DNA of 63,010 bases, counting the filler, from Bigelowiella natans CCMP2755 (Eukaryota; Protista; Cercozoa), in the NCBI GenBank assembly GCA_000320545.1. It is 9 parts of 9 records of this genome, joined end to end, with 100 filler letters (N's around TTAATTAATTAA, not from the genome) between each part and the next. Parts side by side here need not be neighbours in the genome. Positions count along the whole stretch, not along the records: positions 1 to 29,428 come from ADNK01001341.1; 8 more parts are not named here. One strand, given 5' to 3'. The position numbers and the translations under genes are program-made. Numbering within the stretch: position 1 is the first letter of the stretch; each line of letters starts with the position of its first letter. Positions 13,831 through 27,620 of the stretch are shown here, in pieces. The notes under the pieces were generated by a model, which saw only the letters and a list, made by a program, of their open reading frames with translations, was not told where the DNA came from and did not search any database.

Positions 13831-14088
13831 ATAGTAGTAATGTAGTAACGAGCATGCCTTCATCTGGGAAAGAAGATTTGTGTATTTGAAAATTTTTAGG
13901 CATTCTTTTTTTTTTATGGTGCAGCCAGAATTCAGAACAAACTTGAATTCTAATAATTTCATGGTTCGATAGGAAAACTTAAGGACCTCGGCAACACTAT
14001 TTTGGGCAATTTTGGAATAAGTTTGGATAACTTTAAGGCTCAGAAAGATCCCAACACCGGGAGCTATAACATTAGCTACCAGCCTTGA
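12501..14088 (+). CDS. TTC1: TPR protein, TTC1-like (multi-exon)
   Basis: TPR exons KVEGNTLFKTGRYEEALRKY, YHCNSAA, CTKAINSKPDYVKAYMRRS. Conserved tail EML|GKLKDLGNTILGNFGISLDNFKAQKDPNTGSYNISY; stop at 14086-14088. Confidence 0.85.
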
Positions 14089-14523
14089 TTAGGCTATTGT
14101 TAATTAGTCACGTCTCGGTTGTGTATGCGATACGTTGATCTAGTAACGGCTTGCATAAACTTACTTATTCGCATGGAAGTACGTGAAAGTTCACGTACTC
14201 TTCGCGAAACTTGGATCATATCGTCGATCGTCTAGATGTACGATTGCACCGTTATTGGTCGCTTTATGTTAAGAAGGCGGTGCTATTTCTTTTAAGCTAT
14301 AAGCTCGCGTAGAATGTTGCATAGCTGCTGCTGGAGTCCAAGCTAAATGTATACGACTATGCGATTAAATGCTATATGATGCTGCCATATGCATGCCTAC
14401 TGCATGCATCTCTAGATCTGCTTAATAAAATGCGACCGTAATGATGCACAGCATTACATTCGAGCTAGCCATATGATGCCACATTATATACACTCTGCCA
14501 CGGCCGAACAGCGTTCTAGCTAG

Positions 14524-16455
14524 CTAGCGTTGAGGGTGTAGATCGCCGCTACAATGTCCCCTGCGTGAGCCATCCATTTGGACATTTGCACCGCGAAAAA
14601 CGTGTAGCCGGTCGCGGAATCTTTGTGCCAGCGTTATTTGTACCGCGGTGTTTGTTGCCCTTCCCATCGATATGCTCATTTTTGCCGGCGTCCTGTACAC
14701 CCCTCCCCTTCTTCGTTTTCCTATTCCTTCGCTTTGTCTCCCCTTCACCGCCTTTGGTTTCCTGAAGATCATTTTCATTTGATTTTGGATAGTAGCCTTG
14801 CTTTCGCCACCCATACATTCCTGCTGGATTCTGCCTCCCCTTCCTCCCTCCTTTCTCTGGAGGAAATTGGCCAGTTAAAGCAGCCTCGCTGAGGAATTTT
14901 AAAGAAAGGAGAAAAGAAAAGATGCGAGAGATTCAGTGGATTTATTGGTTTGTGAAATAATAGGGCGAATGCAGAAAATTTCACGACTACTACTGCTACT
15001 ACTACAACAACAACTTCTACTGCTGTAGCGAATTTTAAAACGTTTTCTTTCTCCTTCCCCTGCTCTCAGAGTAACACCACCGGTCAGGCACCTGAGGATA
15101 GCATACGCTTTGTCGATTAGCTTCGCCTTCCTGTGAGCGAGCGCCTGGTAGTAAAACGCATATATCATCATCTCCGACGGATTTCGATCAGAGATAGCAG
15201 ACGGTAAGAGAAGCAGTAGCAGTCACTGTTAGAGTAGGCTCTTCCACGATCATGCTTCAATTCGTGCTCTCACACCTTTTGCTGGCGATTTTTATCTGGA
15301 TGCCATTTGCGTATTTCCCTGAGATAACCCTGCAACAACAGAGCATGAGCAAGTTATACGCTTTGCGTTAACATGCGCATATGTATATATTTATGTAAAG
15401 TGTTTCAGGCTTCGAGAAGGTGAAGCTGCGGCAAACATGACATCTGCCCTATCCCCCACCCGTTTGATGATCGTCTCGGCCTTCTCGGTAGCAATAGAAT
15501 AACCAAAATCGCTGTTGTCACCGTCGCCGTCGTTGCTGGCGAGACGACGGGGAGGCCTTCGATCCCTATTATAAGCCTCTATCACCGCAGCTGCGTTGAT
15601 TCCCAGCGCTTCATACAAATTTACAGACTGTACGCCGCCCCCACCTCCTCCCTTTCCTTCGCCGCCTCCTCCTTGCTGCATCCTCCTCCGGATGGTACCG
15701 CAGCTGCAAAGAAATTCTTGGTCATATCGCCGCAAGGCTGCCTCACGCTGCAGCAGCAGCTGCTGCTGCCGCATCCGCGAAAGGGGAGGGGGTTTGGGAG
15801 TGGAAGGCACAGAGGGGGTGTCTGCGGTTTTGCCTGTCCTCCCAGTTGGAGCAGTAGCCATCGTCCGACAACAACGAGAGGGATCACTAATTTGATGAGG
15901 CCCACTTGACTCTCCATTGAATCCGCCGCAGATGTTTCCCTTTTTCTTCTTCTTCTTTTGCTTCTTTAGCTGCTCCCTCTCCTCTTGCAGCTCACAACGG
16001 AGGCAACCGCACGGGAAGAGGCCGCGCGCCTGGAGCTCCGCTCGCCGCGTAGTGGCGGAATAGTGAAGGGATGGGAGGAAACAGAGAGACAGAGGAGTGT
16101 GCGCAGGTATGCGAGTCAGGGCTTCGATCGTCAGGTTAGGCGGCGCAGCAGCAGTCCCTGAATGAAGCAATCATGAGCGGGTGGACGGATGGCGGTATAA
16201 AGAAACGCGTGTACTCCTCCCCCCAAATGGAAATCGCCCTCTAATCTTCCTCCCTCCATTCGTGCATTCGTCATACCGGTGTCAGGGGCCCCAGCGTAGT
16301 CGATGCGATACGCACAGTTCGGTGCACAAGAGTGCCCGAAGAGGCCCGCCGCCACCGCGACGCAGCGCCCGGCATCGCGTACCACGCGCTTGCCAATACT
16401 GCAGTATCATACTAAGGATGAGAGCTTCTTTTGCAATGATTGTGCAGGGCACACA

Positions 16456-16530
<75 letters not shown>

Positions 16531-18592
16531 CGCGTATGTGCGTGTGTTGGAGAAGGAGAGAAAGAGAAAACAAGAGAGAGGGGGGGGGTTGCCATCTACA
16601 ACGCTACGTCGCAACAAGGATATAGATGCAACCTTCGCTGATCCAGAGGAATTGCATGCCGTCTAACTATACCAGCAAGGATCTTCTCTCTTGCTGTAGC
16701 CACCGCACGTGTTGATGATCCAAGTGCTAACGATGCTGCTATTCCAGATAGAAGAAACTCTCAGTTATTCCAGATGGAAGAAACTCTCAGTGTGACGTCG
16801 ACGCACAAAATAGCAAATACAGCAATCCTTAAAAAATCATCGTCGTCATCACCAGCCAACAATATAAATTGAGGAGGAAAATGATGCAATGTGTGAGAAA
16901 GCATTCGTCCAAAAAGAGAATGGCATGAGGCGCCCCCTTGAAAAAGAAGAAGCGCAAATAATCATCATCATCATGGATATGTATGTTACTGGCTACGGAA
17001 AAGGAGACCGCCGTTGTTCGCATCCATCTGACTCCCTCCTCCTCCTCCCCCTCATCATTGTCATTATCGTTGTCATTCATTACTGTTTTTCTCGCTGTCT
17101 TTATATGCCCCCTCTTCTTCATCAATTCGCAGAACTCGTTGGAGGCGCTCGGCAGAGGAGCGGACAAGTATCTCCCCGCTCATTTCCTCCCTTCCATCCG
17201 TCCTCCTCCTCCTTCTTCTCTGCCTTCTACACTCTCTTCCTCGCTCTTCCTGGTTACCGCAGCCGGCACTATCATCGTTGTCCAGGTACTTCCTTTCCGC
17301 ATCTCTCCCGTCCTCTCCATCATCCGCGCCGCTATACACATCGTCGCCACTGTCGTTGTTGCAGCCCAGTGATAACTCCCCTGCTTCCTCTTCTTTTACA
17401 GCGGGGGGTAAGGCAAAAAGTGCTTGGATTTCTGCACGTAGGCGTTCGCGATCCACATTGTCGGTGCCTCTGCGAATGTCTCCTCCTCCTCCTCCTCCCC
17501 CTCCTCTCATTTTATCATTATCGGAGTCTAAATCCCGCGCCAAACCCAAGATCGCCGCTGGTAGTAGAGAAATTCGACCAAACCTCTCTGCTGTTATTTT
17601 TGTCGTCGTCATCGTCGACGGCCACGGCGGCGCGGACGAAGTAAGTTTTCTATGGTCTTTATTTATTTCCTCGTTCTTCAGGTAGCTCTCCTCTACCCCC
17701 CTTTTAATTCCCATCGCTGACGCCTCCCCCTGCTCCTTCTCCTCCTCCCCCTCCTCCTCCTCATCGTCATCATCATCCATCCCACCACCTTCTTGTTGGT
17801 AGTGGCGGTGGCAATGTCGTTGTAGCTGCTGGCGTAAGGCACGACATACTTGCGGCAAGTGTGAGGCTGTGCGATTTGCTGCCGCGTAGCATTCTGAAGA
17901 GCAGAAGCTCTGGAGGCAAAGGCGGCACTGCAGAGACAGCTGCGCTGAGTGCGTGTACCTAAATAGGGGACGTGCTTCGTTTTTCATGTGGCAGTGCGAT
18001 AAAGATAAGTAAAGTAACCGCACATAGAAATTCTGCGAGCGCTGGTACTCGCTTGCGTATTTATGGTGGAAATTTGAGAAAGAAACAAAACATACCGTAG
18101 ACAGTGTGCGCAGGTCCGTTCCCGGGTGTTCGCCGCGAAAGACATTTGTGATACCAATACGGGACCCCTGAGCAAGGAAGTATATTCATTTGCCGCATAT
18201 ACAGGGATTTCCTTGTACTACACCCTATTTCGATTGAATTTTTTACTACGATTAAGCAGGGAAGAGAATGGGAGGGGAAACCTGAAGACAATAGTCCCGG
18301 GCCGTAGAGTCCTGTTGGCTAACAGCGCGAATTGGCCATCACCATTATTTCTACCTTCCTCCACTCGGACCGGGAACTTTTTAACAATATTAGCAAAAGT
18401 CGTTGCTACAGATTTATCGCTGCCGATAAAGGATGAGCCAGACTCTCTTCCTGGTTGCTGAATACGGTCATCGTCATCGTCGTCGACTTTACCGCCTCTC
18501 CCCTTCGGCTGCCGTTCGCCCTCACGAAGAGGAATGGGGGTATGGAATAGGGCGACTTTCAGCATGGCAACTGCGGGTGTTGAAGGCGTCAT
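14524..18592 (-). CDS. SMYD-like SET + MYND zinc-finger protein (multi-exon, ends approximate)
   Basis: LLANRTLRPGTIVF (SET N-part), CAHCLR..CRLC..FCSSEC..H..VC (MYND), GLFGHSCAPNC, TIEALTRIPAHTPLSLCF and post-SET FPCGCLRC. Confidence 0.75.
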
Positions 18593-19391
18593 AGCTGGGA
18601 AAACCTGAGCGCCAATAGTGTCAAAACCTGTACCCTACTCCTCCCGTGCATTTGTGTTTTCCGAGGGCGTTCATTTGTACCACCGTACGTAACAAGCCGC
18701 TATTCGAAATACAACGTAAAAATAAGTACCATGATGAGCGCCAATGTGAAGAAGGTACTGGCGAAGACCAGGAAGAAGACCAATGGTGAGGCTCCTGGCC
18801 ATGGGGATACCGCCGAAGGCCCCATGGCCTCCTGTTCCGAAACCAGGCTCCGCCTGGCAATCGTCAGTGTTGTGAACTTCATTCCCGCGACTACTATATA
18901 GCGTTGTCGCAAATAACAAAATGTTGTTCATTTTTCCTAAGAGAAAGTAAAGGGCCGTTCATGTGTGCGACAAGGAAAATTTTCTCGTTATAACGGTGTA
19001 CAAGCGTGGTTGATCTTGTACAGGTATCTCCGACGAGCGCTGGTCCTTAAATAAATTTTCGCTTTCGTGATTTTTTTTATTTCCCTTCCTTCCCGGCTGC
19101 TTCCGGCGATAATTCTGCACGATTTAGGTATATTTGTCTTGTCGCATTAGTGCCATTTCAAGCCAGAGCAATACTTTTTTTAGGCTGTTCTTAATCCCAG
19201 CAGCCCTCTCGCCCTGAAGGTAGCCATGTTGGTGCGGTTTGACACGTTAGATTTTTTGACATAATCTCTTCTGGGAGGGGATAGTAAGTGCTTAATGTAA
19301 GTTGATTATGAATAATTGTTTAAATGAGGACGGTGTGTGTTGAAATGGAAATCTAATTCCTTCTTATATCACCTTCAGAAAGGATACCAGT

Positions 19392-20027
19392 ATGGCAAGT
19401 GGTCTCGACGATGAGTTAGAAAGAGAAACAAAGGGTTTACAAAACCGTGAAATCACCATCATCGCTAAGGGTGGCGAGAAATTTGTAATCTCTTCGGTAT
19501 ATGCTGCGGTCTCGCAAGTTCTGAAAGCTGCGATGCTGGATAAGGAGTGCACAGAAATTCCTCAAAAAGACATTCAAGGCCACATCATGAAGATGATTAT
19601 CGATTACATGAATATCGCAAAAGGCGAAGACATGAAGGAGCTAACATGGCCAATCAAATACAAAACGATGAAAGAGATTTGTGGCGAGGGGAACGAGAAA
19701 TTCGCGGAATTTATAGATGAGGTGGCGAAACATCGTAAAAACTTTTCTGATCTCCTACTTGCTACGGTTAGACTGCAGATTAAAGGCCTTCAAAGCCTAG
19801 GAGTTGGCAAGATCGCGTGCTTACTTAAGTGGTGCAAGTCAGAAGACCTTGACCGTATTCTTGACCCCGCCATCACGGATGGGAAACTGTTACCAATGCG
19901 CAAGTCTGTCCTGGAGGAACGAAAGAGGGAGGAGGAGAAAAGGAAAGCCGATCGCGAGAAGAGGCTAAAGGAGCGAAAAGAGGAAGATCGTGCAAAGGAA
20001 GCTAACCCAGATAAGAAGAAGGAGTAG
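19392..20027 (+). CDS. Divergent SKP1-family protein, intronless
   Basis: ITIIAKGGEKFVI, SQVLKAAM, EIP..DIQGHIMKMIIDYM, FAEFID, LLLATVRLQIKGL..KIACLLK follow the Skp1 POZ and dimerisation pattern. Charged C-terminal tail. Confidence 0.75.
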   Translation: MASGLDDELERETKGLQNREITIIAKGGEKFVISSVYAAVSQVLKAAMLDKECTEIPQKDIQGHIMKMIIDYMNIAKGEDMKELTWPIKYKTMKEICGEGNEKFAEFIDEVAKHRKNFSDLLLATVRLQIKGLQSLGVGKIACLLKWCKSEDLDRILDPAITDGKLLPMRKSVLEERKREEEKRKADREKRLKERKEEDRAKEANPDKKKE

Positions 20028-20502
20028 GGAGCAGCAATGAGGGTTAAGAATTGATGTATAGTTTTAGCACGTACGCCGTTGTCGCTGACCGATGGATGAC
20101 CGATGGCCGACATTATTCGATTCCTCAAAATCATATACTCTGGTGCGCACGTGTTCGTGACAAAAAGCTTGTGCTAATCCTGCTCATACATGCTAGCATG
20201 TCTAGATGTATATGCTTATGTTGTTCCTAGCACTTGACCCTACATGATGCGTGGAGCTAGCTAGCTAGCTAGCTATGCAAAGCTCTAGAGCTAGAAAGCT
20301 GATGCTACCTAGCTACGACCATCGCTAGATCGCTAACAAATCGTTATATTGTACTTGATCAATCGTTTCCGCTACGACGATGTACTTTGTGCATGTGGCA
20401 ATGAGAATGTACCAAGCTAGAATGCAATGTGCTCCTTTGCGCACAGCTACGATACGATGACTGCTAGCAGATGCACACATGGGGCGCCCTAGCTAGCTAG
20501 AA

Positions 20503-20786
20503 CTAGAGCTCAAGGGGGGCGGGTTTGCGGACACAGCAATCGCAGGCGCCCTGCGGCCCTACCGAGCGCCGCCGGCCGAAGCTGACTTGCGGAAATGGCT
20601 TCTCTTGGCGCGTTATGCGTTGCGCTATTTCCGCATTTCACCATGCCAAAACAGAGCATTTTTCTGAATAAATTCAGTGAAATCTGCAATGGAAACTTGC
20701 AAACTTCACTGCAACCACCACCCGCAGCGCGAAAAAACAACCCCTTTGGCCGCAAAACCCTCATTTCCGCCCCCCTTGATCTCTAG
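20503..20786. mobile_element. MITE-like element with terminal inverted repeats
   Basis: CTAGAGCTCAAGGGGGGCGG (20503-20522) and CCGCCCCCCTTGATCTCTAG (20767-20786) are inverted with 1 mismatch. Internal GCGGAAAT/ATTTCCGC copies. No target-site duplication identified. Confidence 0.5.
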
Positions 20787-21022
20787 ATCACCCTACAGAT
20801 AGCGATATCTGTTGAATAGACATCCGTCTCACATGCAGTCACAACTGATGGCACTCCGCACGCACACACTTCTAGACATAGCTAGACAGCGCGCAGCAGT
20901 CAGCACAATACATTGCTTTTCATTTAAGTTATATAATCTAGATATGTACGTGCGACATGCATAGCTGCTAGATAGTAAATAATGTTGCAGCTGTACAACA
21001 AAAAATAATGATGAACGTTTTA

Positions 21023-22269
21023 CTACTGGAAGCTCAGTAATCCTGTGAGCGCACCCCATGTGTAAAACGGGTCTCCAGTGCAATCGTCAGCGACTTTGTG
21101 TGGGCTATAATTCTCGCAGATGTGCCGATGTTTCCTCCACTGGCTCAGCATTAGCTGCTGGTGCTGCTTTGCAAGCGCGATCTTGGCTCTCCGAGCGGAC
21201 GCAAACTCAGGGCTTTAGGTATTAAAATGCAACAAAGAGATTCAGTTCTGTCTCTACCCCTGCCCCTCGGCCCGCCCTCCCTTCATTCTCTACCTAGCTA
21301 ACGTAATCCCCCTTCCCTTTTTTCCCCGTTCACACAACACAAACCCTGTTTTCGCGGCTGCTTCTAGCGCCCAGAAGACAATCTGTGCCATTGGGCCCCA
21401 GACGAATCCCCGCCAATAACCGAGGGCAGGAAACGCTGGATCATCCGCAGATATCGAAGGTAGGCCCCAATAACACGTGTCGTTATTCTTGACGAAGTCG
21501 CCATCCGGAGCCACACAGAAGCGAGAGGAATTGAAAAACCACGAGTGAAGGAGTTGGTTGATGTTCCTCCCTATACTGCTACTACCCCCGTCCATCGTTT
21601 CCGTCGGGACGTGCCCAACGAGGAGAAGCGGGTAGAAAGATGTCGGAGTTACACGGCGATTGAAGGAACCTACGAAGTGGTGGTAGTGGCGGAGGAGGAG
21701 GAGGGGGGGGGGGGGGGGGGACGAAAAAAGGGGGCATTAAAGCCGGAAAAGTGTTACAACAATTAAAATTCATAACTTCTGCTGAAATGCTGCCGCCTCA
21801 TAAGTGGACCACGGCTTCTCACTTTGACAGCATTGCCATCTAGTCATTTCGCTCAATCTCCATTAAATTTCCCTTGCTGTAACCCCTCCCCCCCCTCCAC
21901 CCTTCCCCTCCCGCCTACCATTAAAAAACCGGTTCACAAATGCCTCGGACTGGTCATCCCACAGTCGCGCATAGATCTCTCGGGCCATCGCCTCTCCTCG
22001 TTCCGTAAAAAATCTCGCCTCAGTTGTGCGGTTGATACGCGTTAGAATTCTGCCCAAGGCAAGCGAGTCGGCGGCGAACAGGGAGGAAAAGCCTACGTCC
22101 CAGAGCTCCATCGTGTGAGCCTCCTTGCTGCTGTTGTAGAAGTCCTCACCGTCGTACATCGGCGAATTATCCAGCCCGCTTTCGAAGCGCGCAGCCTTTT
22201 GGGATTTGAGGAGTTGCCCCCCGTGTGCGTGGATGGGAGGACGCAAAAACAAACATAACATCACCTCAA

Positions 22270-22309
<40 letters not shown>

Positions 22310-23261
22310 AAAAAATTTTTTGAAAAAAAATGGTTGAGAATATGTATGTTCCTGCGAATGCCACGATTACAAATTATGTTAGTGCTGCTGCTGCTACTGC
22401 TACACCTGCATGTTGTTGTCGTCGGCTCCTTGTCCCTTGTTGAGCACTTTTTCGATACTGTACGACCCGAGAGCTATCAAGCCCTGAAGAAGAAGAAGAA
22501 GAAAAAGAAGAAGATGATGATGATGAAGAAGAAGATGATGATAATGGCGATCAATGCCCTCACAAGAAAGACAAAAGGATTATCTTGACACACAGAAAGA
22601 ATAGGTAGAATAGGTTCTAATACTTCTCTTACTGTTGAACAAATTGTCACAGAGCGTTGTGATCTGCTCCCCTCCCGGCTCCCCTCCCTCCCCCCACCCC
22701 ACCCACCTCTTTTTGACGGTTGTCAAACATCCATTCATTCCACCGAATGAGGTCGTCCACTAACAGCTCAGCCACCCATTCAAGTCCGGAGGAGGAGGAG
22801 GAGCGGGGGGGGGACGAGGAGAATCCTCCATTGCCCTCTATCAGTGCCTCAAGGACCTTGATAATTGTATAGGGTGGAGAAATAAGCAGAGGAGCCAAGA
22901 GCTGAGAAGAAATGGATATAGTGGCAGCAGTAGTTGTCACCATCTCGGCCCCCGTCCCCCCCCACCCCCGCCACATTTTGTCTATTACCTTTGCACCGAT
23001 AGGAGGCTCTGTTCTGTCCTCCGACTTGATTCCAGCTGCAGAGTAATTGGGTACGAAGCCGGCGGCTGTAATAGACTTGACTGTCTGGATTCTGATTGAT
23101 GATGATGATATGAGGATGATGATGATGATGATGATCATCATCATCATAACGGCATTGACGCTCAACTTTTATAGCAATCAAAAAACTGTAAGCTGAGCAC
23201 CCGATTTGAAATACGAATTTAGTAAATAAATTTTATGTAAATATAGTAATATAAATACGCG

Positions 23262-23350
<89 letters not shown>

Positions 23351-23435
23351 TGTTTTGCGTATATATGAATAATGTAGCTTTGGAGTGACGCGCAGTTGGC
23401 AAAAAGCTTTCTTCTTCTGTGAGCTCCTCATAGTG

Positions 23436-23471
<36 letters not shown>

Positions 23472-23689
23472 TATATAATATTCGCTTTCTCTGAATACAA
23501 CATACATGTTCGAGACAGCGATATCCGTATATCCCAGAGTGCTGCTCACGAGCGAAGCGAAGAAGTTGTCCCTTACGTTTCATGAGATGGAACGACGACA
23601 ACAACGACAACGACAACGACGACGATGACGAAAAAGAGCAAAACCAAACGTACATCACGCACAGATTCTGATATGGCTATTAGGGTTAC

Positions 23690-23726
<37 letters not shown>

Positions 23727-23745
23727 CACACACACACACACATAA

Positions 23746-23819
<74 letters not shown>

Positions 23820-24624
23820 ATAAGAATGAGATCACAATGTCTTCTTTCTGTACGGCGAAAAGTCAGTTTTTTATCGGTCGGTCGTTCTTCCTACTACTTA
23901 CTACCACTCGAAAATGACGTATTGGAAGTCGTCGACGACAGGGTCCAAGACCTTATTCCACCCCCTGGACACCGGCACGACGGGCCCCTCTTCCGCCGGG
24001 GTGTACACCAAGTTCCACATCACCGCGGCAGACACGCCAAAGTACGTGTCCAGAAAGTCGTCACCCTGTGCGCCACTACCCTCACCGTCTCCGCTCGAGG
24101 GGCTTGACTCGTCAGCAGCCGCTGGAATGCTGGCAGCAGCGCGTCGCTTCATGCGGTTAATCTCCCGCTCGCGTGCAGAGAGGAGGCGATTGTTTAGCGA
24201 GGAATACGCAGCAGAGCAAGCGCCTGACTCATCACCCTCCTCGGCGACTGCTACCCTCTCCTTGCGATTGTCCTTTGGCAGGGCGGAGGAACGGCGGGTT
24301 GTGAGAGCCACGGGACCTTCATGTAGTTATCATCGTTCTTATTATTATTATGATCAGCATTATCAGCATTATTGTTATTATTATTAGCACAGAGAGTGGG
24401 GAACGAATAGTGCGAATGTGAAGAAGAGAACAATGCATTTAATATTTCAATGAGAAGGCGGAGGCGGAGGCGGGGGGAGGGGGCGCAAGATGGAGGGTGG
24501 AGAAGCACTTCTTACGCTCAACCAACTCTCATGCAGCAACACCTTTATCCAGACGAAATCTCAATGCTGTCGTCGAAGGCGAATTGTAGCCGCCCCTCCC
24601 CCCCTCCTCTTCCTCCTCCTCCTC

Positions 24625-24658
<34 letters not shown>

Positions 24659-26358
24659 ATGCATGGGCTCACCACTCGTCCAGTGATAGGAGGAAAATTG
24701 TACGGCTTGAGTCGCAGGCTGTTCTGCCCCATAACTGCGATGGATCCTGACCGATACCAACGGAATGCACCGCGTATATTTAGGTAAAAACGCGAGCAGT
24801 CAGTAGTCCCCTCCTCCTCGTCCCAACCGGTGTTGTTGATAGCATTATCGTCACGATCTTCGTAGATAACATCACGAGTCTTGCCCGTTCCGAAGAGATG
24901 ATCATGATGATGATGACGACGACGACGACGATGATGATGGCAGTTTATGGGCGTGATTTTGAGGTCGAGCCACTCCTCGCTTTCGCCGCCCTCCTCCCCC
25001 CCCTTTTCTGTTTTTGATGTTCCATAGGAAAACTCGATGGAAATGTTAACTGGGGGCAGCTGGGTGGAGCTGCTGCTGCTGCTCATGTTGTTGACTAAGA
25101 AATATTGCGCGTATGAGCGGTCGGGCGCGTGCAGGCCTAATCGGACTAATCCAGTATCGTCACCAGCGTGGGTTATACGAGTGAAATTGAGGCAGGAAGA
25201 GGAAGATCTTCTTCCCCGCGATTTATGGCTATGATGGCTGTCGTGCTGCTGCTGCTGCTGGCGGTCGTGGTCTACTATCTCGCACAATTCAAGGTCGAAT
25301 GAGGCGCTCTCGGGCAGCTTTACGATGGACAATAAGTTGTGATGCTTCCAGAAACCCCACCCTTGAGCTAGAGAGTGCTGCAATGCCTCTCTTCTCATCT
25401 CCAGTGGCGTCATCGACGGAGAGAGATGTTCCGGAGGTATTGTTAACAGCGGTAATGATGATAATGATGATGATGATGATGACGACGACCCCTTTTCTTC
25501 AAGGGCCCAACGAACGCTAGCAGCAATCGCGACAGCTGGTGCAGTTACTGAGGCTCTCTCCCCGCTTTCTTCGTCGCAGCTTGAACCGATACTGCCATTA
25601 AACATGACTCGCAAGCGAAAGGGGTACCTGGAGCAGTCAATGAGAGCATGCTTGATCATCATCAAAAGCAAAAGTTGAGGCAGAAGCAGGCGCCGATGAA
25701 ACCCACAAGCACACTCATACATACCATTTATATGAATGAAAATTATGCATTATTTCGATGAACATTACATCGTTCCGCTTCTAGAGAGCACGCGTGCAGG
25801 CATGCGTGTACACTGCTATAATACCATCCGGGCGATGTGATGATAAGGGGGTTGTCATAGTTTCCGGGCGAATCGTTCAATGTAAACGCCGTTCCATCAT
25901 GGCAGACAAGATGACCATCGATCCACAGAAAGCTGAGGGAAGTGTTTGCGAAAGCGCAGTCGAATTTGTAGCTCTGCTTCACACAAATTTCACAAACATA
26001 TCAGTCACTTCCCACTCTTCTGTAGGAGGGTCGGGGAGAGTACCAAGGTTTCATTGAGAAGGATCTGCCCGGTCAATGCTACGGATATTGGTGTCTGGCA
26101 TTTTTTTAAAACGGATATGATGGGACGTAAGGGAGAATCGTTCCAAGAGTACTCTATTCGGATACAATTGTTTACCTTGGTGCGAATGTTAAACGCGGAA
26201 GAGTTTACGACACGTCGCGAGACAACACCGGCTCCCCCGACCCCCTCATAAAAAGCCGTATTGTTATAAATGGTCATATTTAAGCCCGCAGCTGCCCCAC
26301 GTTCTGCCATCATCGCTACGATGATAATCAACGGAACCATCAGAGGGGGAGTACTCAT
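21023..26358 (-). CDS. Secreted GH63-like (MGH1/trehalase-like alpha/alpha6 barrel) glycoside hydrolase with PA14-like N-terminal region (multi-exon)
   Basis: Signal-like N-terminus then GLNMTIYNNTAF and FLWIDGHLV. Catalytic-region motifs YVIFEW, GFVPN, DRTEPPIG, FESGLDNSPMYD, GLPSISADDPAF..YWRGFVWGP, ICENYSP..FYTWGAL; stop at 21023. Confidence 0.8.
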
Positions 26359-26839
26359 GAGGCTCGGAATGTGGCAATGTACGATCCTCTAAGATCTACA
26401 TATAAGACTTGTCTCAATGAAGCGTCCCTTATCACCTACATTAATTACAGGCGACTTCAATAATTTGTCCAAAATTCTAGAATTCTAATGTGAAGCGTGT
26501 TTCTTCCCTTCTCGAATTGGAAAAGGTCATGTCGTATGGACCACCGAAGACATAAGAACTGGGATTTATAAAGTTCGGGTGCTAGAGAAATAATCCCGGG
26601 ATTACCTCTCGAGCACCCGGGCTTTACAAATCCCAGATTTATTACTTGAAGACGCTCTTCCTCCGACATCGTGATGGGTCTAATCCGGATCAAATAATAA
26701 CCCAAAACTTTCTGGGACTGAGGAGCTTGCCCTCGGCGGTGAGCCATGATTTTAGGGAAAATATCATGCAGATAATATCTGAATTTGATTCGATCTCTCA
26801 AAAGTGAATCGGGAATAATCGGCAACAACACTCATTAGG

Positions 26840-27585
26840 ATTACGGAGGCTCATCACCGATTTAAACCTCGCTCGGCTCGGGAGAATCTGGGGAGGGCGG
26901 CTGCTGTGCGCGACGCTCACATATGGGCCAGCGACTTGCTTCCTGCGCCCCACACTGCTGCAAATGCTTCACCGATCCACTCCTCTTCATGCAAATGGAG
27001 GTGAGAATGACACCTCCTCTCAGCATGCTCCGCATCGCACTCACCGAACCATCTTGTCTATGTCTGTGGTTGGACAGTCGACCGTCATCCCCACTTCAGA
27101 CGCTGATGAGGAGGAGGAGGAGCATTTTGGGGAGACAACGGACCTCTTAGACGAGGAGAATTTCAGGTCAGCTCTGGCGTACTCGGAGGAGCACATCCAG
27201 GTGCTTGTGGATCACCAGGTATTGTGCAATCATCATCAGCAGTCTCCTTGCTGCTGTACAAGTAACCAACCACGAGTTCCCTCAAAATCGATGGGCCTTC
27301 AATGAGGGTTGGCTCAGTCTGCTCTACCACACTTTACCAAATGTACTTTTGCGGCTCCGCATTTAGATGTCAACGTTGGCGGATCGGCTGGCAGCGTTGG
27401 ACGTACAGATGATTAATGAGGAGGAGGAGAAGGAGGAAGAGAATGACGATGATATCGATGATGCTTTATCTATCCCTGAAAGTAGCATTATCCCGCAACC
27501 GTTCACAACCGACGGCTTCTCGAAAAATACAGTAAGTTTTGACGTGTACACACAATACAAGCAAGCAAGCAAGCGTGCACACACA

Positions 27586-27620
<35 letters not shown>

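Noticed and set aside
16741-16792. 26-bp direct repeat, two copies
   Set aside because: Simple local duplication with no spacer, apparently intronic; not CRISPR-like.
18621-18931. Short minus-strand ORFs upstream of the SMYD-like gene
   Set aside because: No recognisable motif or consistent frame; may be UTR or upstream exons.
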